64,000 nucleotides of DNA. Origin: an uncultured Gammaproteobacteria bacterium (GTDB taxonomy: Bacteria > Pseudomonadota > Gammaproteobacteria > DRLM01). Position 1 is the stretch's first letter; every line of letters starts with the position of its first letter. A model generated the notes under the pieces. It did not search any database. It was not told the origin of the DNA and saw nothing but the letters and a program-made list of their open reading frames with translations. The translations under genes and the position numbers were made by a program. The DNA is taken from NCBI GenBank assembly GCA_963729605.1, contig CAVSNY010000007.1, positions 1,280,001-1,344,000 on the forward strand. The letters run 5' to 3'. This document shows, piece after piece, positions 33,076-42,063 of the stretch.

Positions 33076-35550
33076 ATGGCTGAAAGTTTGACAATAGATA
33101 AAAAAGATCGTCGCGACGACGACATCCATTTTGCGGCGCTCAAAAAGGATGGAATAAAATACATTCAGCAATTGTCAGGAAAGAACTGGACGGACTATAA
33201 CATCCATGATCCTGGCGTCACGATACTCGAGCAGCTTTGTTATGCCCTCACCGATTTGGCATATCGCGCTGATTTTAGCGTTGAAGACCATCTTAGCGAT
33301 GAGAAAGGCCGGATTGATTGTGCTCGGCAGGCGCTTTACCCGCCGGAGAAAATATTGTCGGCCAGGCCGACGACCATCAGCGACTATCGTAAAGTTATTT
33401 TCGATACCGTGCGTGAGTTGGATAACGTATGGTTGATTCCTCTTCAAGATCCAGACTGCAACGGCCTATATCGAGTCATGTTGAGGATTAAAGAGGAAGT
33501 CGCCGCGGAAAACGTCAAAGACGTAATTGACAAAGTACGTATGGTCTATGAAAAAAATAGAAACTTATGCGAAGACATAGACGATATTATTCTTGTTAAA
33601 GACGTGACTTGTGAATTGCATGCCCAGATCGAAATTAACGATGTAGATGCGGCGGCTGATATTCTGGCCAGAATATATTACGAAGTCGCCAAACACATTA
33701 CAGCGGGGATGCGTTTCCATCCGTATGAAAATCTTCTGAGATCGGGAGTAAGTCTTGATGAGATATTGGAAGGCCCTTTCTGTCGCCATGGCTACATTAA
33801 AGAGAACGAATTGGGCGATGTCACGCAAGATATTCTGATCAGCGACCTATTCTCTATCATCAAAGCGATAGAGGGCGTTGACCGGATTAAAAGTCTTTAT
33901 GTAGAGCAGGATGGAAAAATATATGATTCTAGCTTGCGCAGCCCAGGGCCTGACACCGCATTGCGGCTTCATATTCCGAATAACAAGGAAGATATCAATA
34001 TATCGGTCTTTAAAGATGGTCGGCTGGTGCCAGTCTCCATTAAAGAATTCAGGGCGCGTTATGATGAAATAAATTTTTCCCGGCAGACGCGCATTCATTC
34101 TCTCGAGGATGTGTCTTCGCTTTATCCGCCACCTCATGGGCAATATCGCGACTTGCGTGCTTATTCAAGCATGCAGAACGATTTTCCGGCGATCTATGGC
34201 ATAAATCGTTATGGCGTGCCGACGTCGGATTCGTTGGAAAGTAAAGCGCGTTCCCGCCAATTGAAATCTTATCTTGTTATGTTCGAACAATTTCTGGTTA
34301 ATCATGGAGCCTGCCTCCATGAACTACGAGATTTGTTTTCAACGGAAATAGGTTCAGTTAGCACTTATGCTTATGATGTCCTGAGGAGCGAGCAGATCGG
34401 GGATTTGGATGCGGTTTATCCAGAAAACGCGGCCGCATTGATCAATGAAGTTCTGAAAAAATACGATAATTACGTGGATAGGAAAGGACGTCTTCTTGAT
34501 TATCTCTTGGCCTTGTATGGCGAGTCTTTTTCTCAGCAGGCCATTACTCACTTCAACTATTACTATACCTCTTCTGAGTTGAAGAAGGAGATCATAAGAA
34601 ATAAAGCCGAATTCTTAATACAGATTCTAGAATTGGGAAAGGAAAAAGCCGCCGCGTTTAATTATCATCATTTTTCCTGCAACCAATCGAATATGGCTGG
34701 TCTGCAGCGGAAGCTCTGTATTATGCTGGGTTTTAAACGGCGAAAAAATATTTCACTTACCATGGGCATGGTCAGGCGCGGATTGAAATTAATTCCCGAT
34801 GAAGAATCAAAACAATTTAATGAAGTCAATTGGAATATCAAATTCACTGACATGGATGACATCGATAAATATATAAGAAAAAATTTTGAGTATGTGAGTC
34901 CAACTGAGAAGGAAGGGAAAGTCGACTATAAAAAGACACGGAAATATCTTTGTAATATTTCATTTTTTAAAAACCATGTCGTAAATGAATCTTTGTTAAC
35001 CGATGGAATATATCTAGACACCTATAAAGTTGCACAATTGACGTCAGATGGCGGATATCAGCTAGTTTTCCAACCAAGACAAAGCAAGGATGTATGGTAT
35101 TTAGGGACGTATCGGGATCAATACAATGCGGCAGATGCAGCGAACGCCTTGCAAAAATTCTTAATACAGCTAAATAGAGAAAGCGAAGGATTGTATCTTG
35201 TTGAACATATATTATTGAGGCCCGGTTTTAAAAAAAATCACGATGACTTAAATTTAAACGATGACGAAAATTTCTATTCCTTTAGGCTTAGCATCCTATT
35301 TCCTTCTTGGAGCGCGCGGTGCCAAAACCATGATTTTCGATTTCTGTCCGAGGAAATGATACGTAAGGAATGTCCCGCCCATCTTTCCCCTGATATTTAT
35401 TGGCTGAATTTTTTTGAATTTACTCATTTTGAACATCTTTATAGACAATGGCTGAAACTAAAATGCGGTCATCGTCGTAATGGAAGCGACCTCGATATGG
35501 CGTCTAAAAAACTTATCCAATTTTTATTAAATCACCGGGTTGCCAAGTGA
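33076..35550 (+). CDS. Baseplate wedge protein (Afp12-like)
   Basis: WTDYNIHDPGVTILEQLCYALTDL.YR, RNLCED, EGLYLVEHILLRP, ECPAHL. Confidence 0.88.
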   Translation: MAESLTIDKKDRRDDDIHFAALKKDGIKYIQQLSGKNWTDYNIHDPGVTILEQLCYALTDLAYRADFSVEDHLSDEKGRIDCARQALYPPEKILSARPTTISDYRKVIFDTVRELDNVWLIPLQDPDCNGLYRVMLRIKEEVAAENVKDVIDKVRMVYEKNRNLCEDIDDIILVKDVTCELHAQIEINDVDAAADILARIYYEVAKHITAGMRFHPYENLLRSGVSLDEILEGPFCRHGYIKENELGDVTQDILISDLFSIIKAIEGVDRIKSLYVEQDGKIYDSSLRSPGPDTALRLHIPNNKEDINISVFKDGRLVPVSIKEFRARYDEINFSRQTRIHSLEDVSSLYPPPHGQYRDLRAYSSMQNDFPAIYGINRYGVPTSDSLESKARSRQLKSYLVMFEQFLVNHGACLHELRDLFSTEIGSVSTYAYDVLRSEQIGDLDAVYPENAAALINEVLKKYDNYVDRKGRLLDYLLALYGESFSQQAITHFNYYYTSSELKKEIIRNKAEFLIQILELGKEKAAAFNYHHFSCNQSNMAGLQRKLCIMLGFKRRKNISLTMGMVRRGLKLIPDEESKQFNEVNWNIKFTDMDDIDKYIRKNFEYVSPTEKEGKVDYKKTRKYLCNISFFKNHVVNESLLTDGIYLDTYKVAQLTSDGGYQLVFQPRQSKDVWYLGTYRDQYNAADAANALQKFLIQLNRESEGLYLVEHILLRPGFKKNHDDLNLNDDENFYSFRLSILFPSWSARCQNHDFRFLSEEMIRKECPAHLSPDIYWLNFFEFTHFEHLYRQWLKLKCGHRRNGSDLDMASKKLIQFLLNHRVAK

Positions 35551-35556
35551 AATTTT

Positions 35557-38500
35557 ATGTTTCCCAGCATAAAAAATAGGCATGTAATAGAAAAGACGGC
35601 GTTCGAAGTGGCTTATGGCAGCGAAGAGGATGCATTCGCTCAGCATGCGGCTTTAGATGAACTGGTTAAGCGGCGTTTGATAAAGACTGTCGAACAGGTT
35701 TTCGACGAAGTCTCCGATTCGACGAATGTAATACAACTGGGGAGTCTGGAGATAGATCTTGGAATTGTAAATTACGCATCTTATGCGGATGAGATGGATG
35801 AGCGTCTCAGGGAAAGGCTGCGGGAATTATTCCGGAAAAAAATGCGGGTGGAACAAGTAGGCAACTCGCAGACTATCGGTATCCTAAGTGAGGAAAAATC
35901 CGATCTAGTTAAGATGAAGTATTACCTTATTAAGGGTTGTCTTCCATGGAATGCCGAAGCTCTTGATGGTCAGGTGCACGTCGGCCTTCTGGAGCGAATT
36001 CTTAAAAACAGTGCGAAAGATTTTTTAGTATTCCTTAAAAAGACGGAATGCCGGGATATCATTATCAGCCGCTTAGTTCAGCAATTCCCCGGAAAATTCA
36101 TGAAAGAATTGTTTGGCCTTATTACAAACCATCAAGAACCCGACCTTGCTGAATTAGTAGTGCATCTTCAGCGCATTCTCGTCAATTCTACAGTGTTTAA
36201 AAATATGGAGAAGGAAAAAATATCTAATTTTTTCTGGGAAAAGCTATTTGATGCGTTGCTGAGAAAACATTCGTCAGTTAATTCCGATGGAATCCTGGCC
36301 GGCATTATAAAAGCGATTGAATTGATTTCTTATAAAACAGGGGAGAAGTTTTATCGAGTGTTGATGAATGAGATTTTTATATTCATGGAAAATACAGGGC
36401 GAAAAAACAATCTTGATTATATTCGTAAACGATTATCAAGCGCGCCTGATGTCGCAGAAACGAGTTCTCATTCTAATATTGTTTCAGAAATAGCCCAAAA
36501 TAATTTGATGAATATCAATGAAGAAATAGCGGTAAAAAATAATGAATATAATAAATTCCTGCCGAGTATCTCATTTAAAAAGCAGCCGATTAATTATTAC
36601 GGGGAAGGGTGCAACCAAAATAAATTTATATTAATATCTGACGCCAATAAGTTTAATAATATTCCATATATCGGTCAGTCCATACAAGGATTTCCAAGTC
36701 ATAGAATATTAAAAAATTGTAAAAAAAATGACGAGGAATTTTTTGAAGAATCAACCCTCTCTGAAAATTCGGCTGCATGGAATCCTAGTATATTTTCATG
36801 GAGGAAAGAAGAATTTTATAGTTTATCTAAATCACTCCTCGAATCGGAAAATAAAATAGCGGAGAATAATAAAGGTCAAGAATTAAACGACGAAGATATT
36901 CTGAGAGCTTGTGAAATTTATGAATATATACTCCAGAGATTATTTTCAATAAAGGTCGATAATACACATTTAAAATGTTTTGCGTCATTGATTGATGAGC
37001 TTGCCAAAATTTCGGCGGCGCACGTTTTAAAATTGTATAGAGAATTTCAAGTAGAAAAACCATCGGCATCGCAATTGGAGTGCCGGCTTTCTTCTCAAGA
37101 TTTGCGTCGTCTTATAGAAGTCTTTGTTGATCTTGGCCAACAGCAGGATATAAAAGCATCCTCTGCGTTGTTGTATAACATAAATTATTATGCGGATAAG
37201 ACGATTGATGTTAACAGATTTTACGCAAAAATTATTGAGAGAATTTCACGAAATGTGTCTATAGATTTCGATGAAATAATTTGTGAAAAATCTTTTTTAA
37301 ATAAAGAAGAATATATATTCATTACTCAGGATCATGTTTTAAATAATCATGATATTTCAAAAATATCTAATGTAGGTGATGAATCGAAAAATAATCAAAA
37401 TTTAATTGATGATCTGGATTTACTATTTACAGCCGACGATATGCGATCGGCGATCAGGTTCTTCATTGTAAGCGCAGGCTATGAAGGGTCTTCATCTTAT
37501 TCGTTTATATCTAAGATTGAGCATTACTCAGCCCTTGTCATTAATAAAAAGAAATATTATGGAAGAATATTAGAGTGTGTACTTTTAAAAAAGTATATTA
37601 ATTTTAAAAAAATACTTGAATTTTCTTCTGAGAAAATCAATTTAAATTTCGACGATAAAAAACATGATTTTTGCGCATTGAGTCATAATTTTTATTATAA
37701 ATATGCTCAGGCCGTGTCATTGCTTGGAGTGTCTCCCCAAGGCAAAATCGTGCCGTTAGAAAACCAGTCTTCAGGTGATCAATATTTAATCGGATCTAAT
37801 GCTTTTACGCCAGAATGGCGTTCAATGGATCGCCCTACAAAGAAGGGTTCTATTGACGAGATCACTAAAAAAAATATTCGTGGTAATTTTGATAAATCCA
37901 AAAAAAATATAAAAAAAACAATAAAAATATATTATGGAAACAAATCCAAACCAATAAAATTAGAGGGGTACTTGGATGGGGTCGGCGTCGATACGTTGCA
38001 AGTGATAATGCATCGTGCCCCACCATCCTTGAACTTATCGAATTATAAGTTTTTTCAAAAAAAGTCGAGTATAGATAGACATTTTTATAATAGTGATGGT
38101 GGTAATCAGATTCAGCTCATATTTTCTCAAGCCGGCTACAGTAAATATTTAGAGTTGACGCATCGTTATTATAAGTTTTTTGAAAATGACAGGGAATTCT
38201 TTATAGAAGGTCGCTTGATCACAGATAAATTTTATAAGGGAGGTGATGGAGATATCAACACGATTCATTTAAAAAAGCGAGTTAATGAACGCTTGTCTGT
38301 CCAGCCTGTTAATAAATGTATATTAAATTATTTTTTAAAAGTACGAAATTCTAAAATCGGTGTTATAAAAAATGCATATGAGTTTCTTAGCCTGTTCCCC
38401 GTCCATAAAAAAACTATCCTAAATAAACTTGTTGATAACAAATCAAACCAGAGTATTGCCGAAACATCAGGTTTGATCGCTTTGAGTCGGAAGTACATTA

Positions 38501-40635
38501 GTGGCGGTTTTCCAGAAGATTTATCAGAAATCGTCGTTTGCACGCCATCAAGTATAAATTATGACACAAAGAAACATCGCCTTGCATGGCCAAAACTATT
38601 CTTAGTCGAAAATATTATTTCTACTTGCTGGTATGTCGGAAATGATGATGGCATAGTTTTCGAATTTGAAGATATAACTAGTGATGAAATATTTACGGCA
38701 ATTAAAGGTCCTGAAGTTAGTTATTTGATAGAAAATAAATTTGGTATTTATTCCACGCAAGATAAATTGTCAGAGTCACTTTTTCGGGAGTCATTTGAGG
38801 TTTCTGAACCATCGGTAGCGCATGGAGAGAATGCGATATTTTCAGCGCTACCCAATAATGATTTTTCCGGAGTGTCCATCCTTTTAACCGATATTGATAA
38901 TGATACGTCTGACAAGTTTGGTGGCGCATCTATTGTTGCTTCTGCTCATTATTTAAAAGATGCATCTAAGATAAAATATGAAAATATCGATCGGGAATCC
39001 AAAAATGGACCGGATTACGTTTTTAATAATAGATTAAATATAGAATTTCATCGTCATGTCGAGAGCGATTCAGCGTTCGTTGAAAAAAACATGCCGGGTA
39101 TGTGTAATGTGATATGGCGGATTAATAAAAAAATCGACGATGGGAAAAGCGTTTCTGCATATCTTGTAGATCTTTATGAAGTCATATCAGATAAAAAACC
39201 AGTTACGATTCCCTTTGATAGTCTGTCATATTGTTTCTATAAAATTAGAAACAAATGTCTTTCGAGTATGGATAATGTTATTTTTTCATTGGGTAATAGA
39301 AAAATTAATTTTGAATTTTCATCCAAAAAAATTGATGTGAAAATCAATGATTATTCAAATAATAAAAATTCGGTATCTGAAGTAAAAATAAATGAAATAT
39401 TTCAGTATATTTTTCCTGTCCATGCCAAAAATAATTATTTTGATTTGAATTATACTCCGCGGAATGTCGATAGTGAGATGTGGGAGGAAGCGGAAACTAT
39501 TTGTGATAAATTCTCATCAATTATTAAAAAATCCGTCGAATCAAGCGCGGAATTTAATGAAGACGCAACCCCTGGCCAACTGATCCGCGTAATGGATTAT
39601 ATCTTGTCCACTCAGTCGAGGCGGCTTTTTAAGACGTTGCCGCCACGGCTGAGAAATAGGCGTATTTGCGAAAGACTAATTGAAGTGTTGCCCGAACGAC
39701 AGTTGACGAGAATTCTTCTGTTGTTAAAAGCTGAAGAATATCGCCATGTTCAGCTCAGTGCGGATATGATTGTTCAGGCCTGTTATGGTTATAGGCCGGG
39801 CATTAAATTTCCCCAATTAAATTCTTTGAAATGGCGCTTTATATTTTGTTATTTATTCGAGGAAAGTAGATCCTTTGATGAAGAATTGTTTGTGGTTGGC
39901 TTAACCGACTATTTGTCTAAAAAAATAAGTTATGAATCGAATGAGAAATTTCGCTCAGGGCTTTGTCAACGCTTGGCGATGAATATTTTGCCATCCACTC
40001 GTGATCTAAGTTTGAGATTTATTAAAATATTGAGCGCTACGGTTCAGCCGGTAAATGATTTTTCTGAGAATTTTGACGTCTCTCGGTCCGTTATTTTGCC
40101 AAATAAAAAAAATAAACCATTATTCCAATCTTCTGAGCAGATATATATCGCCAATGCCGGACAGGTGTTGGTTGCACCTTATCTCACCAGATTGTTCCGC
40201 ATTCTCAATCTTATGGATCAATCCGTTTTCAGGGATCGAATAGCAGCCGAGCGTGCTGTTCATTTATTGCAATTTATGGTGAATGAACGTGTTGATGCCC
40301 CAGAACATCAGCTTGTTCTTAACAAAATACTATGCGGCATCGATCCTGGATTGCCCATAAAAAAAGAAATTCAAATTTACGACCATGAAATAGAGTTGGT
40401 GGAAAGTCTTTTGCAGGCGGTGATAAAAGCGTGGAGTGGTATTGGGAACACGTCGATTTCTGGTCTGCGCGAAATATTCTTTCAGCGGCAGGGTAGGTTG
40501 TATCTAAAGGGCGATGCCTGGCAGTTGCAGGTTGAGAAGAAATCATTTGACATGCTTTTAGACAAGATTCCATGGAATTACTCGGTAATTAAGCTGCCGT
40601 GGATGGAGCGGGTGATTTATGTTGATTGGCGATAA
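35557..40635 (+). CDS. Contractile injection system tape-measure protein (Afp14-like), 1,692 aa
   Basis: N-terminal LEIDLG and YLIKGCLPW; C-terminal IYIANAG.VL..PYL, LVLNKILCG, FFQRQG.L, FDMLLDKIPW..S.IKLPWM...YVDW; sits between Afp12 and the ATPase. Confidence 0.85.
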   Translation: MFPSIKNRHVIEKTAFEVAYGSEEDAFAQHAALDELVKRRLIKTVEQVFDEVSDSTNVIQLGSLEIDLGIVNYASYADEMDERLRERLRELFRKKMRVEQVGNSQTIGILSEEKSDLVKMKYYLIKGCLPWNAEALDGQVHVGLLERILKNSAKDFLVFLKKTECRDIIISRLVQQFPGKFMKELFGLITNHQEPDLAELVVHLQRILVNSTVFKNMEKEKISNFFWEKLFDALLRKHSSVNSDGILAGIIKAIELISYKTGEKFYRVLMNEIFIFMENTGRKNNLDYIRKRLSSAPDVAETSSHSNIVSEIAQNNLMNINEEIAVKNNEYNKFLPSISFKKQPINYYGEGCNQNKFILISDANKFNNIPYIGQSIQGFPSHRILKNCKKNDEEFFEESTLSENSAAWNPSIFSWRKEEFYSLSKSLLESENKIAENNKGQELNDEDILRACEIYEYILQRLFSIKVDNTHLKCFASLIDELAKISAAHVLKLYREFQVEKPSASQLECRLSSQDLRRLIEVFVDLGQQQDIKASSALLYNINYYADKTIDVNRFYAKIIERISRNVSIDFDEIICEKSFLNKEEYIFITQDHVLNNHDISKISNVGDESKNNQNLIDDLDLLFTADDMRSAIRFFIVSAGYEGSSSYSFISKIEHYSALVINKKKYYGRILECVLLKKYINFKKILEFSSEKINLNFDDKKHDFCALSHNFYYKYAQAVSLLGVSPQGKIVPLENQSSGDQYLIGSNAFTPEWRSMDRPTKKGSIDEITKKNIRGNFDKSKKNIKKTIKIYYGNKSKPIKLEGYLDGVGVDTLQVIMHRAPPSLNLSNYKFFQKKSSIDRHFYNSDGGNQIQLIFSQAGYSKYLELTHRYYKFFENDREFFIEGRLITDKFYKGGDGDINTIHLKKRVNERLSVQPVNKCILNYFLKVRNSKIGVIKNAYEFLSLFPVHKKTILNKLVDNKSNQSIAETSGLIALSRKYISGGFPEDLSEIVVCTPSSINYDTKKHRLAWPKLFLVENIISTCWYVGNDDGIVFEFEDITSDEIFTAIKGPEVSYLIENKFGIYSTQDKLSESLFRESFEVSEPSVAHGENAIFSALPNNDFSGVSILLTDIDNDTSDKFGGASIVASAHYLKDASKIKYENIDRESKNGPDYVFNNRLNIEFHRHVESDSAFVEKNMPGMCNVIWRINKKIDDGKSVSAYLVDLYEVISDKKPVTIPFDSLSYCFYKIRNKCLSSMDNVIFSLGNRKINFEFSSKKIDVKINDYSNNKNSVSEVKINEIFQYIFPVHAKNNYFDLNYTPRNVDSEMWEEAETICDKFSSIIKKSVESSAEFNEDATPGQLIRVMDYILSTQSRRLFKTLPPRLRNRRICERLIEVLPERQLTRILLLLKAEEYRHVQLSADMIVQACYGYRPGIKFPQLNSLKWRFIFCYLFEESRSFDEELFVVGLTDYLSKKISYESNEKFRSGLCQRLAMNILPSTRDLSLRFIKILSATVQPVNDFSENFDVSRSVILPNKKNKPLFQSSEQIYIANAGQVLVAPYLTRLFRILNLMDQSVFRDRIAAERAVHLLQFMVNERVDAPEHQLVLNKILCGIDPGLPIKKEIQIYDHEIELVESLLQAVIKAWSGIGNTSISGLREIFFQRQGRLYLKGDAWQLQVEKKSFDMLLDKIPWNYSVIKLPWMERVIYVDWR

Positions 40636-40639
40636 TCAC

Positions 40640-41986
40640 ATGGCGGGTAATAATGTGAACGCAGCATTTTTTGAGAAAGAAATAGCTTGGTTCTCTACAG
40701 TGCTGGAAACACGTATTAGTCTCTATTTTGAACAAGATTGTCCATATCACAGCATTTATGAACTCGTTCCCCCCGCGGTGGAAGGAGACGCTTCGGAGTA
40801 TGCAAAACTAGTAAGAAAATACGATATCGATTTCGATGAGCGTATCGTACTCATCCTGGCGCTATTGCCCCACATACGCCCTCAAGCGCTGGATACATTT
40901 TTCATTCAGAATAAAAACTTTGATAGGAATTTTACCGAGTTCGGCGGCTGGAAAGCTAAAAATCATGGTGGATTCTTGCCTACTTGTGAAACGGCGGCTT
41001 TTATTCTGGCAGGTACCGATTTGGCGAAACGTTTCGAAATTATAAGGCTATTCGAACGTGAGCATTTTTTTGCACGGAAAGATATTTTAAAAGTTGAACA
41101 TCCTGGTAATAACGAATCTTTTTTTAGTAGCGCCTTGCTTATTACCGCCGAGTATATAAATCGTTTTACCTCCGGAATCTATCATAAGCCCGATTACAGC
41201 ATTCACTTTCCAGCCAAACTCATTACTACCCAACTGAGCTGGGATGACTTGGTTCTGGCGCCTGAAGTGCTCGATGAAATCGAGGATATCATGGCGTGGT
41301 TGAAGCATTCCGGGACCATTCTGCAAGATTGGAATTTGGCGAAGGCGATTAAGCCGGGATACCGCAGCCTTTTTCATGGGCCGCCGGGTACGGGCAAGAC
41401 TCTAACCGCGACACTTATCGGTGCCTCCGCGGGTGTCGACGTTTATCGCATCGATCTTTCCATGGTGGTCTCCAAATATATAGGCGAGACTGAAAAGAAT
41501 CTGGCCAACGTCTTCGATCAAGCTCAGCACAAGAATTGGATATTATTTTTCGATGAAGCCGATGCCTTATTCGGAAAACGGACCCAGACTTCCAGCGCCA
41601 ACGATAGGTATGCCAATCAGGAAATTTCTTATCTGCTGCAACGTATCGAGGATTTTCCTGGCGTGGTTATTCTGGCTACCAATCTCAAGGCCAATATCGA
41701 TGAAGCATTCGCGCGTCGTTTTCAGACAGTGGTCTATTTTCCATTGCCGGATCCCGAGCAGCGGCTGCGTTTGTGGCGGGGGATATTAAATGGGAAACAG
41801 CGGCTCGCCGCGAATGTTGATTTAGAAAGTCTGGCCGAGGATCATGAATTATCCGGTGGCGCGATTATTAATGTGGTGCGTTACGGCGCCATTAGCGCGT
41901 TGAAAAAATCGGAAAATCTAATTACCTATGACGCCCTTTTGAAGGGAATAACCCGTGAGCTGATGAAGGAGGGGCGTACCCTCTAA
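40640..41986 (+). CDS. AAA+ ATPase of the eCIS (Afp15/Pvc15-like)
   Basis: GYRSLFHGPPGTGKT Walker A, VVSKYIGETEKNL, LFFDEADALFGKRT Walker B, DRYANQEISYLLQRIE, IDEAFARRF. Confidence 0.93.
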   Translation: MAGNNVNAAFFEKEIAWFSTVLETRISLYFEQDCPYHSIYELVPPAVEGDASEYAKLVRKYDIDFDERIVLILALLPHIRPQALDTFFIQNKNFDRNFTEFGGWKAKNHGGFLPTCETAAFILAGTDLAKRFEIIRLFEREHFFARKDILKVEHPGNNESFFSSALLITAEYINRFTSGIYHKPDYSIHFPAKLITTQLSWDDLVLAPEVLDEIEDIMAWLKHSGTILQDWNLAKAIKPGYRSLFHGPPGTGKTLTATLIGASAGVDVYRIDLSMVVSKYIGETEKNLANVFDQAQHKNWILFFDEADALFGKRTQTSSANDRYANQEISYLLQRIEDFPGVVILATNLKANIDEAFARRFQTVVYFPLPDPEQRLRLWRGILNGKQRLAANVDLESLAEDHELSGGAIINVVRYGAISALKKSENLITYDALLKGITRELMKEGRTL

Positions 41987-42063
41987 AGTTGAATGTTGGA
42001 CGCCTAGTTTTTTCATTTTTCATGGAATGAATGATCTCGCGATATTAAGGATAAAGATATCAA

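Larger units (their letters stand above)
20722..41986 (+). other. Extracellular contractile injection system (eCIS) gene cluster, Afp/PVC/MAC-like, single sheath gene
   Basis: Fifteen co-oriented genes: DUF4255 cap, accessory gene, sheath, two tubes, plug, LysM initiator, VgrG, PAAR, gp25, two baseplate proteins, fibre-like gene, tape measure, AAA+ ATPase. No capsid, portal or terminase genes, and no TssJLM. Confidence 0.93.

Noticed and set aside
20722-41986. Prophage, R-type pyocin or T6SS interpretation
   Set aside because: No capsid, portal, terminase or integrase genes and no TssJLM/ClpV; DUF4255, the Afp15-type ATPase and the Afp11/12/14-like genes indicate an eCIS.
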